DNA of 64,000 bases from Camelus ferus (Eukaryota): NCBI RefSeq assembly GCF_009834535.1, contig NC_045697.1, positions 72,294,001 to 72,358,000 of the forward strand, in the 5' to 3' direction. Every line of letters begins with the position of its first letter. Position 1 is the first letter of the stretch. The position numbers and the translations under genes are program-made. Of the stretch, positions 13,171 through 25,692 are shown one piece after another. Below the pieces are notes generated by a model. It worked only from the letters and a program-made list of their open reading frames with translations, did no database searches and was not told where the DNA came from.

Positions 13171-14799
13171 AAATCCCAGTTTGACACATTTCCACCAAAT
13201 AAGGGCTAAAAAGGCATCAGACTAAGAGACTCCTGCCAGGAAACAAATAATGATGGAAAGTAGCAGTCAGATTTCTTGCTTGCTGAAACACTGACAAGTC
13301 TGAAAACATTACGAAACTCAGGACTGGCAAGAAACTGAATTCCCTGGAAGAACCACCCTGGATGGAAACAAAGGTGAATTAGGTGTCATCTGTCTTACCA
13401 AATTTGGCAAGAATCTATACTTTTAAATCTACATTTCAAAAGCATTGATTCCTGAAACTTGCAAAAGAGCTCAAATGTTTACTTCATTCTGGTTTCCTCT
13501 TCGGCGCAATCATGAAATTGTAGGGAGGCACAAGAGATCATTCGATCCAGCCTCTACCATCGCAGTCAAATGAACAAATGGACATAAACACTGAAGTTCC
13601 CACTGCAAGGGACTTCTGAGTTGTTCCTCAGTTACCCACTGTTACACAACCTTGACTATCACACAGCCTCTCCCGTGAGTAAGCTCACTCTCACGTGCTC
13701 CACTTTAAGCTCAAGTCCTCCTGCATCTACCTTACTACACCTGAATGAAAAGAATACCATAAGTAACAAATTAAAGGATCAGCTCTCCTTCGAGGTAAAT
13801 TATCTTATTCCTTTATCCTTTCTTCCTTTAATCACCTTCACAGCTCTCTTCTGAACCTTCTAATGAGCAAAACACAAAACTGATCAAAATGTTATAGTAA
13901 GGTTTTGAGATGCTAAATAAAGTAGTACCTTAAGACTCCTATATGATACAGAATTCTTGTTCCCGTAACATTTTAGAAGCAAGAAGATCATTTCAAAAAC
14001 CACAGCAGAGAAAGACAACCTAGTTTCAGACCCAAGATTCACCTCAAACTTTAAAGTATTGCTCAAATATGAGGGATTTATTTAGCATGTGTACAAGCAG
14101 GGTAGGCAGAAGGCTCAGAAAACAATATCAAACCTACCACACACCTGTAACAGCTTGCAAAACACCGCCAAACCAGCCTGAAGTGTCACAATTAGTAATT
14201 AACAGTTCCTTCAAAGTGAAGGTATTCGGACTCTCAGATACAGAGGTTCACAGTATTAACCTCCACTGGTCCCTCAGTGCTGCCCCACAATCCTGTCACG
14301 TCATCCTAGCCCCTCCAGCCCCTTCTCTGCCGTGGCTATCTTATCACAAGTCCTCACTTCCCTCCAACTCCTGACTGGTCCCCCATTATCCTCATGACAA
14401 CATTACATCCTAGCTCCCAGGAGAGAAGAGTTGTCTGACCAGAATTCCCTAACCTTTCTTTCTCAGGTTCATTTTTCCTCTTGAAATTGCACAGAAAGAG
14501 AGTTCGCAATTCCCACAGAAAGAAAAAAGACCTTAAGTGGTCCCAGAAATCTTCAAAAGTACCTCCATCCTCAAACTCCTTAGTTTCCTCTATATATGTT
14601 ATTTTATTTTTCATCCCTATGACAACAAAAACAGAGCCGTCATCCCCTGGTGAAGCCGCCCACTAGTGTGGCGACAGCATCCTCCCGGACCTTATCAGAC
14701 ACCTAGCCCTCTCAACTATCTCTACTTTGGAACTCTTTTTTCAGTCTTTCCCTGCCTACAGGTCCCTTCCAACAGGATTTTGTTGCCTTTCATTCTCTT

Positions 14800-16070
14800 A
14801 ATGGTGTCCTTTTTTATGCTAAACAATTTCAAACTTACAGAAAAGTTTCACTCATTGTACCAAGAATTCCTTAATACCCTTCACCCAGAGACCCCATTCA
14901 AGTTGTGTCGGTTGCCTGAATGACATTGTTTACAGCAAAAAAGATCAGGCACTGCACCCAGCTGTTACATCTCTCTGGCCTCTCTCACTGTGGAAGAGGT
15001 TCTCAGTCTTTCCTTGACATTGCTAAAGATTACAGTAGATTGAAGCAGATGTGAAGATTTGCACTAACGGAGCTCAATTTGGGATTGCCTGATGCTTTAT
15101 CATGATTGGATCCTGGTTATCTGCTTCAACAGGACTATCAAGGAAGTGATGCGATATTCTTCTTATAGCTTGTCGGGTGCGCACCATCACTTAATCACTA
15201 TGGTGCGCTAAGTTTCTCCACTATATTTTTCTCCATTACAATTAGTAAGTATTTTGCTGAGAGCTGCTTTGAGGCTGTGTAAAGATCCTGTGTTTCATGC
15301 CACATTGGCCCTCTGGTTTAGCACTCATTCCTATTTCTTGCCTGAATTATTTATAACTATGTTAGTTATCAGATGATTATTATTCTGGTTCAGTTATTGC
15401 TTCTAAGCTACTAACTAGTTGGCCTTCAAGGGATAAATTTCCTTTCTCTCATTTACGGAATGATATTGAATAATACTCATTCACGTATGTATTTGTATCA
15501 GTGTGCACTCAAAGATTTTTATTATGTTCAGTGGGTTATAATCTATTACTACCACTCTTTATTTTAATGCTCAAATTTGGTCAGACTTAGCCAGTGGGAG
15601 CATGTTAAACTGGCTCCTGTGTCCTTTCAACCTGTCCCATCATTCCTGAGTAACTTCTAACATCCCAGTGCAGTAAGATAGTCTAGGCTCCAGCCCTCAA
15701 ATCAGTCATTTCTCCAAAGAGCCCTGATTCTTTTTAGTAGAGTAGTATTCAAAAACCAGGATCTGGATACTAGCTCTGTTCATTGCTAATAGAGTGCCAC
15801 CATTCTAGGACCTCTGAGAAGGCCTGGAGAGAGCTAGGAAGAGAGTGTGAGTGTGAGTGTGAGTGTGTGTGTGTGTGTGTGTGTAAACACACCCACACTT
15901 GCATTTACACCCATAATTACTTTTATGTCTATCTGCATTTACTTAAAGTCATTGAGTCTGCACTGTCAGTTCCAGTTCCAATGCATTCTTGCTTCTCTTT
16001 CTATACGTATACTACCTTTCTCCATCTGTGAAAAACCTGGCCCTCTAAAATATATTTACTTATTTGCACA
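14800..16070 (-). mobile_element. Old L1 (L1MC/MD-type) 3' region, antisense
   Basis: aatttcaaacttacagaaaagtt...ttaatgctcaaatt...gccagtgggagc...cagtcatttctccaaagagccctgattctttttagtagag. Confidence 0.65.
15844..15883. repeat. (GAGTGT)n-(GT)n microsatellite
   Basis: gagtgtgagtgtgagtgtgagtgtgtgtgtgtgtgtgtgt. Confidence 0.9.
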
Positions 16071-16516
16071 GTGTGCAGTCAATCTTCTGACCCCAGCCAG
16101 CCATCACCACCGCCTGGCTCAACTGTGGCTCCCATCAAACATTTTTAAAGAGCTGCCAAGCTCATTGTCTCTACTTCCCCACCTTCAGTCACTCCTTGAC
16201 CACTACGGTCTGATTTCCATTCTGGTAGAAGTCACCAGTCATCTCCTTATTGCCAAATCTGAAGGATCTTTCTCACTCCTTTTCTAACTTGAGCTCCGTA
16301 CAGCAATAAAATAACATGCAAAGTCTGATCCATTAAAAAATATAAATACACACATACACGGAAGCTTCTGAGAGCATGTATCTGTTACTAGCAATTATCT
16401 TTGAGTGGTGGGGGTTACAGGAGTTTTGTTGGTTTCTTCTTTTCCTGAAAAGATCTGTACTGCTATTGTAACAAGAAATGTCCTTTTTTCACAAAATATT
16501 TTAAAGCATTGCTTAC

Positions 16517-16627
16517 CTTAGCTGATTTTTCAAAACTTAGGCCTCCATCCAGCTTAAAAAGAACTGTCATGTTGTACCCAGTCTGGTTTCCATGTCCATG
16601 AGGCCACCAAGGCTCTATAATAATATT
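16517..16627 (-). CDS. MANBA: MANBA exon 7
   Basis: aag|AATATT...GCTAAG|gtaagc; 111 nt; [37 protein letters not shown] (WWPxGxGxQ motif). Confidence 0.95.
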
Positions 16628-17500
16628 CTTTTAAGAAATAAAATGTGTCATTCTAAGTAACCTGTGGCATATTTTTCAACAAAATAATATAGAAATTCAG
16701 AACATCACATCAATTTCTCATAGTCAAGCACAGAAATTGTAGGTTCTAAAGCAATACAAATCTCCCTCCCTGTATTATGCCAAATTATAGCACTCCATAG
16801 ATAATATTTAAAAATCAACACCAAAAGGGAAGAGAAAGAGCAGAATAACAAGGGTGTTCAGGAAAACAACCCCTCCCATTTCCAATAATCAAGCTGACAT
16901 TTATTCTACATTCTTAATATTTAGAATTGGAATTTCAAGTCAAGTTTTCTTTCAACCCCAGAACTAGAAAGTATTCTGAGATCTTACTTTATCTGAACAG
17001 TTACTGCATGTTGATTTGCTCCATTCTTTCCAGCTCACAACTGTCAATTAGAGGAACGAAAAAAGGAAAAAGAAAAGGGAAAACCCAGTCCACTTCTACT
17101 CATGAAAGATCATAAGTTTAGAATTAGAATTCTGCATGGAGAATAAGCACCCATATTTAAAATAATTCACCAATACCAAAGACAATCACAGTATTTAAAT
17201 ATAATGGTTAAGATGTATTTTGGATTGAGGATAGTGTGAAGACTGCAGAAAAATTAAAATATAACACACCTGACCTCTAGAGAGGAAAAAATGCCAAATT
17301 AATTATAGAACCCCCATTTTCTTACTGTTAAAGTTTGGGAAAATCATTCCTTAACTTGCACACCCACAATATGTATGACAAGTTAAAAGTAAAGGAGAGA
17401 ATAGAAGAAGTACATTTTTCTTTCATACTCAGTCCCTTCCATTTCTTTTGAACACTACTGTTTTTCATTTTAGTACTGCTCTGGAAGTACCACCGTTCAC

Positions 17501-17676
17501 CTTGTTAATTTTCACAAAGAGCTTAACAATCCTTTCCCCATGCTGAAGTTTAATGCCGTGCATCTGCCGTGTTTGCAGTTTAGGGATGGCTATAATCACT
17601 TGGCCAGAAACTGGCTTTGAACTGACAACATCAAAAGAAGACTCTATTTCAAGATTCCACTCCTGGGTACGGTCAT
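17501..17676 (-). CDS. MANBA: MANBA exon 6
   Basis: tag|ATGACC...AACAAG|gtgaac; 176 nt; [59 protein letters not shown]. Confidence 0.95.
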
Positions 17677-18079
17677 CTAAAGCATAAAGATAAAAAGGGA
17701 AAAAATACACACATATATTACGCAGGATTCATTGAGAAAAAGACCAAAGCAGCTTCTAAACGACTAAGAGCTTCACAAACGCTATCATGATCCGAAGTTC
17801 AGTGAAAACTGTCTTTTAATTTTCAGTCCTTCATCCTGAAGAATAACTAAAATTAAGTAGTTTATATATACATCCACTCTAAAAATGTCACAATTGTTAA
17901 GTCACAAAAACTTTATAAATAGGGCACAAGTAGAAAATTACCAATGAAAAGATAACATAAGGTGGATACACACTTGCTCCTTTTGATAAAGAAAAATATT
18001 GAGGTTTTAATACTAAGGGATAAACTTAGATATATCAGAATTAATCAAATTGTGAAAAAAATACACATTTTAAATGTAG

Positions 18080-18660
18080 ATTATTTATCCAAGAAATATT
18101 TACTGAGAACCATCTTCGTGCCATGCAGTTTGCTAAGTGATGGGGCTTAAACAGTGACCAGGATAAATAAACAAGGCCCCTGCCCGCAGGGGCTACGAGC
18201 CTAATGGGATATGGACAAGCGCAAAAGTGTGATAATACTAGGATGGGAGAACTAAACGGCAGTTAAATAAATAATCAAAGGAGGGAAGGACACCGAACTT
18301 ACAGAGGGTGACGGAAAGGCCTTTACGAAAAAGCCACATCTAGCTGAGCCCAGAAGGACGCTTTAGCTAAGTTCAGAGGAAGACAAGCATTCCAGGCACA
18401 GCAAAAGGCACGTGTGAAGAGCCGTGAGAAAGAGCAATGCCGCAACAGGGACTTGAGGAATGATGAAACTGATGAGAGAGGTCAGCATGACAGTGGAGGT
18501 AAATGGGGTCCAGCTCACACTGGGTCACGTGAGGAGTTTAGTGACTTCACCCTTGATTAATGGGGAGCCACTGAAGATTTTTCATCAGAAAGAATAACAT
18601 GATCAGATTTGCATTTAAAATGTCACTAGAGGCCCCAGCCCAGTGATATACCAGGTTGCA
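18080..18660 (-). mobile_element. L2 LINE fragment
   Basis: aaatatttactgagaacc...gcattccaggcacagc...ggagccactgaagatttt...atgatcagatttgcattt. Confidence 0.65.
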
Positions 18661-19874
18661 AATGGAAGGAGCAAAGGAGCAGAGAGGCTTGACTCTTCTA
18701 TCTGTGCAGAAAAGGATGGAAAGGACCACTTGGAAAATCCAGGGATGGAGAGTGGGACGAGAAAAAGAAGAGGGAGCAAGGCCAAAGAGGAAGGTAATGG
18801 GAGAAAAGAAAGATGAGACTGCTGCCTAAGGAAGAGGGCCGACTGTCCCAGGAAGGCTTTGAACTGGAGTTTTATGTTATGTGCCATATAACCCCTTCCT
18901 CCACCACCCATGGTTTGTCTAATGTCTCCTGGACTGGGCTGGTGTTTTGGCTGTGTTTTTAAATAAGACAATATGCCGAAGCAGGCTTTGGACAGGAGCA
19001 GAAAAACAGAGCTTTATTTTTTAGGTTCCACAGGAGAGACGAGAGATGACACACCCAAAAAGGCTAGCCGGGAGGTGTCAGAGGCACCAGTGGAAGGTCT
19101 CACTCTTTACTGCCACGGAAGGGAGAAGAGCCGTGACCGGCACAGGTGCAGTTAAGTCTGTATGATTCACGACAAGAAACTGAGCAAGTTCTTGTTTAGT
19201 GGTTTGTTTTTCTCTCTGTAGAAGGGACAGGAGAAGGCTACCGGCTGAGGAATAGCTTCTCCTACAAATAAGGAGGGGATTGATAACTGTGGCTTTACTG
19301 CAAAAGAAAGAAGAGGTAAGTTTGTGTGCTGATCGATGACCAAAGACTTCATAGCTGGCATTCCTTACGAATGTGGAACCACACCAGACTTGTTCTAATG
19401 ATGATCACATCACGTCTCATCACCTACATCTCACACCAGCCAAATGTGTAGATGGATTTGATGCACACTGGAGTAAAACTAATCCCAGACTTAAGAACTA
19501 TTTTTATTTATTGGATAATTTATCCTTCGGAATACTGGTCACTGAGCCTGAAGTAGGTTTATTCCAGTTCAGCCAATTTTACAGTTTATTCACCCAGAGC
19601 CTCCCAGTTTTTCTGAGATGCAGTAAAATATATCAAGACGACCATATTTTTTTTTATTAAAGACACTTTTCTCCTATTAAGTATATATTTCGTCTCTCAG
19701 TTTTCCCTTTACCACATTTTTACTGTTTTTAAACAGAAGTACATATTCCAATCTGATCCAAAGCTGTTTACTCCCTAAAATATTGCTAAATGTTTGACAG
19801 CTACATGAACTTTAGCTCCCAATCATAGTCCCTCTGGCTTCCCTTACTATCTTTTATCTCAAGAAATATAAATA

Positions 19875-20110
19875 GATAACATTTACCAAGAATTGACTAT
19901 GAGCTAGGCATTGTCTTATGATCTCAACATGTATTAATTTATTTAAACATCACACCATTACTATAAGGTAAACTCTATTATTATAATCATTTTATAAATA
20001 AGAAAACAGAGAAGTTAAGTAACTTACCCAAGTTCACACAGCTAGTAAGTGGCAGAGCTTGGATATAAACCAAGACAGTCTGAAACTAGAGACTGTACAC
20101 TTAACATCTA
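19875..20110 (-). mobile_element. MIR SINE
   Basis: MIR core cattttataaataagaaaacagagaagttaagtaacttacccaagttcacacagctagtaagtggcagagc. Confidence 0.8.
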
Positions 20111-20370
20111 AGTTATGCCAGCCTCATCCAAATAATTTCCCCAAAACTATGTCTTACTGGTGCTCAACTATTACAGTGGGTTGGGGGGCGGGGGGTCTTA
20201 TTATATAGAAGAACGTTCGCTTTAATGATGTCAAGTTATGACAGACACCAAATATGTCTTTTGGATGAGTCTTTACCCACAACAGCACAGATTCTCAAAA
20301 CTTCTGAACTAGAAGTATGCTGATTGATCACCTAGCCTACTTTCTGATGAGTGTTTAATCTCCTCTAGAC

Positions 20371-20989
20371 CACACGCTGGCAAACCTCTGGTCCCTGGGT
20401 CAAACCTGGACCTCTTTCTGTTTTATAAATAAAATTTTATTGGAACACAGCTGCGATGGGCTGAATTGTAACATCCCCACCCCTCAAATTCATATACTGA
20501 AGCCCTAGCCCCCAGTGTGACTCTATATAGAGATAGGGTCTTTGGGGAGGTAATTAGGTTAAGTGAGCTCACAAGGGTAGGCTCCTATTCTGATTGGATG
20601 GCAGCCTTATGAGAAGAAGAAGAGATCAATTTCCCCCTCTCTTTCTGTCTCAGTCTCCCTTCCTCCTGCCACCAGGTGAGAACATAACTGGAAAGGTGGC
20701 CATCTACAAGCCAGGAAGCAGGCCCTCACCACAAATTCATTCAACCAGCACGTTGATCTTGGACTTCCCAACTTCCAGATCTGTGAGGAGTCCATTTCTG
20801 TGGTTGAAGCCACCCAGTCCTCAGTATGCTGTCCTGACAGCCGGGCAGGCCAGACAGCAGCCATGCTCACTGGTTACCCTTGGGCTACAAGGGCAGAGCT
20901 GAGTAACTGCAACAAAGGCCATATGGCCCAAAAAGCTAAAAAAAATATTTACTTCATGACCCTTTACAGGAAAAGTTTGCTGATGCCTA
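20371..20989 (+). mobile_element. MER58A-like hAT MITE split by an MLT1A-like LTR
   Basis: 5' part ggcaaac...aaataaaattttattggaacacagc; 3' part atatggcccaaaaagc...ccctttacaggaaaagtttgctgatgcct. Confidence 0.8.
20452..20856 (+). mobile_element. MaLR solo LTR (MLT1A-like)
   Basis: TG...CA ends (tgcgatgggctgaattgt...cagaca); 5-bp TSD acagc/gcagc. Confidence 0.82.
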
Positions 20990-21410
20990 ACTTAGAATAT
21001 TCCCCTAAAAGGCCATCCTAATCTGTCTCTAATATCTGTAATGACAAAAGCCTCTGCCTTCCTTTTTGCTACGCTTGACTACTAGAAAGTCATTCTCTGC
21101 ACTGACTGGAAATCCACTTTTCTTTCATTTCCACCTAAAGGTCTTATCTCCTACCAACCAATAACCACCAAGTTCGAGCAGGCTCCTCTGCTGTTCCCTT
21201 TCACTTCCTCTGCAGTGGAGAACTGCAAGGGCCTCCAGCAGGAGGACAAATGGTGAAATTCCCAAAGGGTACTGGCAAAATTCCCACTTCTATTGCTTCT
21301 CACGTGGAAAGTTCTACAGTAAACTGGCACTCCTCTGGAGTTCATCCTGTTAACTGTCTGGGGTGCCACTAGATGAAAAAATGAAGGTTATGGAATTAAA
21401 AATCCAATAT

Positions 21411-21540
21411 GGGGGGAGAGGGTATAGCTCAGGGTAGACTGCATGCTTAGCATGCACAAGGTCCTGGGTTCAATCCCTAGTACCTCCACTAAAAAATAGA
21501 TAAATAAATAAACCTAATTACTTCCCTCCCACAAACAAAC
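21411..21540 (+). mobile_element. tRNA-derived SINE (Vic-1-like)
   Basis: ggggagagggtatagctcagggtagactgcatgcttagcatgcacaaggtcctgggttcaatccctagtacctcc with A and B boxes; flanks aatccaatatg / aacccagtatg. Confidence 0.88.
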
Positions 21541-24500
21541 AAAAACCCAGTATGAAGATTTACAAGTCTATTGTGTCATTACCAGATACACTACACTAAC
21601 ATCTTTTGTCTTCTTTTCTTCTTCCAAATGGATGATAATGCTTCCTTCCAGAAGCCACAGAGATTTTAAGTAGTTTAGGTTCACAAAGCACATTTAGAGT
21701 CTTAAATAATAATTTTCCTGGACACTTCTTTTCACTTGCTAATTTTAAAATATAGAATCCTATTTCTAGTTAAGGAGAGCTCCCTCTGAAAAATTAAGAC
21801 CCATTTCTAGAACACAGCTTCCTAGCTTAAGTCTTCTAGCACTAACAAGTTACCCTTTCCCAAAGAACACCTATCACCCCAGCTCTCCTGAGGTGGAATG
21901 CAAGATCATTTCAAAAATGGACAAAGTACTGGAGATGGGACAGGAAAGAAGAAAGGTTACTTAAAAAAAAATTACTAAATGACTCAAACTCCCCTCCCAG
22001 GTCTCCCTCCCAATTACACCAAGTTTTTTTTTTTGCATCCTTTCTCATCCTGACTGATCAACTCTGGGCCCAAACAGGACAGGAACTCATCCCAACCAGG
22101 TGGACAGGCAGGCTGACCTGCTCTCTCTACAAGTTGAGGCCTTCCCTGGCCTGGAGGCTCAACAATGTCCTGCTCCCTGCAGAAGACACTACAGATTCAC
22201 AGACCCTAGACCAGACAGGCAACCCAGGGGACGGCAGAGAATGTGGTTCTGGCTGCTGATCCATTTTCAGATTCTTCCAAAGCTGATTAAGTGGGGTTTC
22301 TTTAAAAACAAACGAACAAGTCACCGTGAGTCTGACTTGGATGGGAATCTGCAGAAAGGCAACCAGCTCTGCAGCCCAGATTGATGTGTGGCTCCTGCTT
22401 CACGCAGTCTTTCAAGAAAACTCCAATTTGTGTAGATGTGGCCAACACGCTAAACTGTAAAATCCTCTCAAACGTGCCAACAACTTTTATATTCCTATAT
22501 AATCTACTTCTTTGTCAAGATGTGGTCAGGAAATAAGAATTCAGTTGTCTAAGAGGGGGAGGGAAAGTGTAAGAAGACATGGAAGTAAAAAAACAGGAAG
22601 ATGGCTGAGTTACACTCATCCAAGTGTGTCATAACTACCGGAAAGACTTACCATCAAACCACACCTTAAGCCTTGCTTTAACTGATGGTCACTAAGCCTC
22701 AAGTATCAGTGTCTACATTCAGTCATATACCTAGCTTCAAGAAGAGCTGGGTTCCTCCACACTTACACCTTCACTAGGTTGTAATGACTGCTGTAATTTA
22801 CAAACACAGGGAAGGAACCATGGGATGCAGGAGGCAGAAGGAACCAGGCGAGCTAGTCACTTTGTAGACGAGGTTTCTGAGGTCCTGGCTGCAGAACCCA
22901 CCTCAAAACCTCCGGAGCAGGTGGACAGGACAAGGGCCCAGGTTTCCTGATGCCAGTGCTCTGCACCTTCCATGCATCTCTCACAGATGTGCAGATCAAA
23001 AAGGAAGACACTAGCAGGCACACACAGATTGAAATTTGGATATGAACAATAAGGAAGACCAAAAGCAAAGATGCTTTTTGCCCTTCAGGGTCCCAAGTCC
23101 AAATGGCAAATACGGGTAATGTGAAACAAAGCTTCAAGGGACTGTAACAATGTTAGCCTCTTAACATGAGAGTCTTTGTAAAAAAGAAAGAACACTGAAA
23201 TCTACAAACATAAAGAATGTGTCTGACCCTCCACTAAATGCATAATTACATGGGGCCACAGTTCCTCCTTTTGTCAAAATGCCATCGCTGTAACCTAACT
23301 ATCTGATAAGGGCATCACAACAGTTATGTGAGCATTTCTGTCAAACAGCGGAAATCTATTTCTTGAATCTTTACTGTCTGTGAAACTTGACAGGCCCTAT
23401 AAATTATACCCCAGTCCCAGAGATGCTGAATCTACATAAAGAAGCAAAATACACCCAAAGGTCACAGTTAAGAATACAGGATGACATTTAGGAGGATTAA
23501 GAACCAGCAGGGACATGGAAGAACATTCAGGTCAGCATGGGATGGATCTGCAAATGCTGGTATATTGCTTATGTAAGATGAAAAGGATGCTTCATCTTGC
23601 CGTGGGGGGGGGGGTGCTATTCAAGGACAGCTGCCTCAATGAGCTTCGCCCTGCTGAGCTCCTCCCAGCTCCTTTTACCCACTCTTCTTGCATCTTTCAT
23701 AGGTGATGCAAAGCTGCAGTGAAACGGTAGTCGTGTGCATTTGAAGGAACAGCAACGACAAGCAGCTGAAATGACCAGGCCACAGAATGTTTAAGCTCAA
23801 ATGCAGGATATTATCCGGTGCTCCTGCAGAAGTGGAGGACAGACTTTAGTAGCTGCTTTTCAAAGAGCTAACAGCTTGCATAAGCCAGTAAAGCAGGCGC
23901 ACGGTTAGTTACAACAGCTGTTTTCCCCTTCTTTATCAAGCAGCAAGTTCTCCTTGCCTACTCAGCAGGACAAAAATCCTCAAAGATAAAATCAAGGCAA
24001 AACAGATACAAAGCAAAATCCAACCCCCCACACCAAAACAAGGATACATTTGTAAACTCCAGAGAAAAAATATCAACCGTACAACAATCTCCTAATCAGA
24101 CGAGATTATTCAAGCAACCTACCTACCTCAAAATATATTTCCAAGGGTGAAGACTATCATTTTATGGGTAATGTAATTCAAAGATGAATGAAAAAGTGAT
24201 TCAGAATGAATGCAAGAAAAAAAAATGAATGCATCAAACAATGCACTAAACAAGACTGACAAATCTTTTGCAAAATTGTAACACTGTATTCTCTGTATTA
24301 AGCCGTAAACAAAGGGCTACAATGACCTTCAACACAGGCCTCTCTGTTGGGCAGGTCAGGGTCATGCTGAAAGCTTGACCCACTCCTCCAACTCAAAGGC
24401 TAGTTCTTCGAGAATGAAGGAAGGGGTGCTTTAGGCTAAGGGCAGCAAGTAAATGTGGGTCACAGAAGGCAGCATCTCTGAGGAATGGAAGTGCCCAAGT

Positions 24501-25564
24501 CCAAGTCCAAGATCCACAGCTCACCTTAGCTGAAGAGGAAGAGTCATATGTTGAAAAATGCTATTTTTTTCTATGATAGAAGATTAAACAATGTAGTGTT
24601 TCATCAGAATGTACTTACTACATACTTGGACTTAATATGTTTATGTAACCTTAGGAAAAGCTCATAAACTAGACAGCCATCCCCTACCCCTAACAAATTT
24701 TAGGGCCTAATGTGAACAATTCACATCAGGTTACAACATGAAAGACCTAGCATGGAGATGGTCAGTAAATGAATACATGTCTCTCTGTCTCTCTGTTTCT
24801 GCTTCTGTCTCTCTTAAACACACACATACATACATTCAAATAAGTATTTTCTAAGGAGGTTTTAAAGAAGGTCACACCAATGAATTGCTATCTCTTAAAA
24901 CCCAGATAAATGACAAGAGCCTAAGAGATAACGGGAATAATTCTCGTTTTCCTTTGACCTCAGTATTTTTTTCAAATATAAATCTGTTTTTATTGCTTTA
25001 AACATTAAGAATATATGAAGTCACTTAGGAAACTGAAGTTAGGGCAAAATCAAACAAATGACCACAGGATATTGAAAAGTGCAGAAGTTAGAAACCATTA
25101 TGCTAAGAAATAAGAATGCAGAAAAACACATGTATAAAGAAAACTAATTCACAAAAATTTCAAGTTAATTTTTAAAAGTCTAAAAGCCTTTTTTCTGTCA
25201 TACTGTGTACAATTAAATAGGAGAACTATGGTTTGATCTTTAGGGGTAAAGTCACTAATTTTAAATTAAGAAATAAACTGAATATTTGGAAAAGCAAAAA
25301 GGTTATTTTCTTCTAGCCTCAATAGGCAGAAAGTGCCACAAAGTTAAATTAGTTCAGCCTTTCATAATGATTTGGCTGAAATTACTAGATAGATTAGTTT
25401 ATCTACTTTCTTCCCTTACTGTGGAAACAATACAGGCTCAGTACAGAAATTTAGAAGAATAAAATATAAACTATCTGTGGTACTATTACACAGGGATTAG
25501 CCACTGCTTGCATGAGGTTTTTTTTTCTGTATTTTTTTTTTAATTTCATGCAGTCCTTTCTTTT

Positions 25565-25692
25565 AAAGGTTTTGGGGGGGGGGGTGTAGTAAGTTTATTT
25601 ATTTATTATTTTAGTGGAGGCACTGGGGATTGAACCCGGGACCTCGTGCATGCTAAGCATGTGCTCTACCACTTGAGCTATACCCTCCCCCT
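25565..25692 (-). mobile_element. tRNA-derived SINE (Vic-1-like)
   Basis: Reverse complement of ggggagggtatagctcaagtggtagagcacatgcttagcatgcacgaggtcccgggttcaatccccagtgcctcc. Confidence 0.9.

Noticed and set aside
16628..16630. AAG acceptor of exon 7 as an anomaly
   Set aside because: Less common than YAG but canonical. Exon length and frame fit the protein.
21411..21490. tRNA gene (A and B boxes)
   Set aside because: It has a SINE tail, TSDs and multiple diverged copies, so it is a tRNA-derived SINE.
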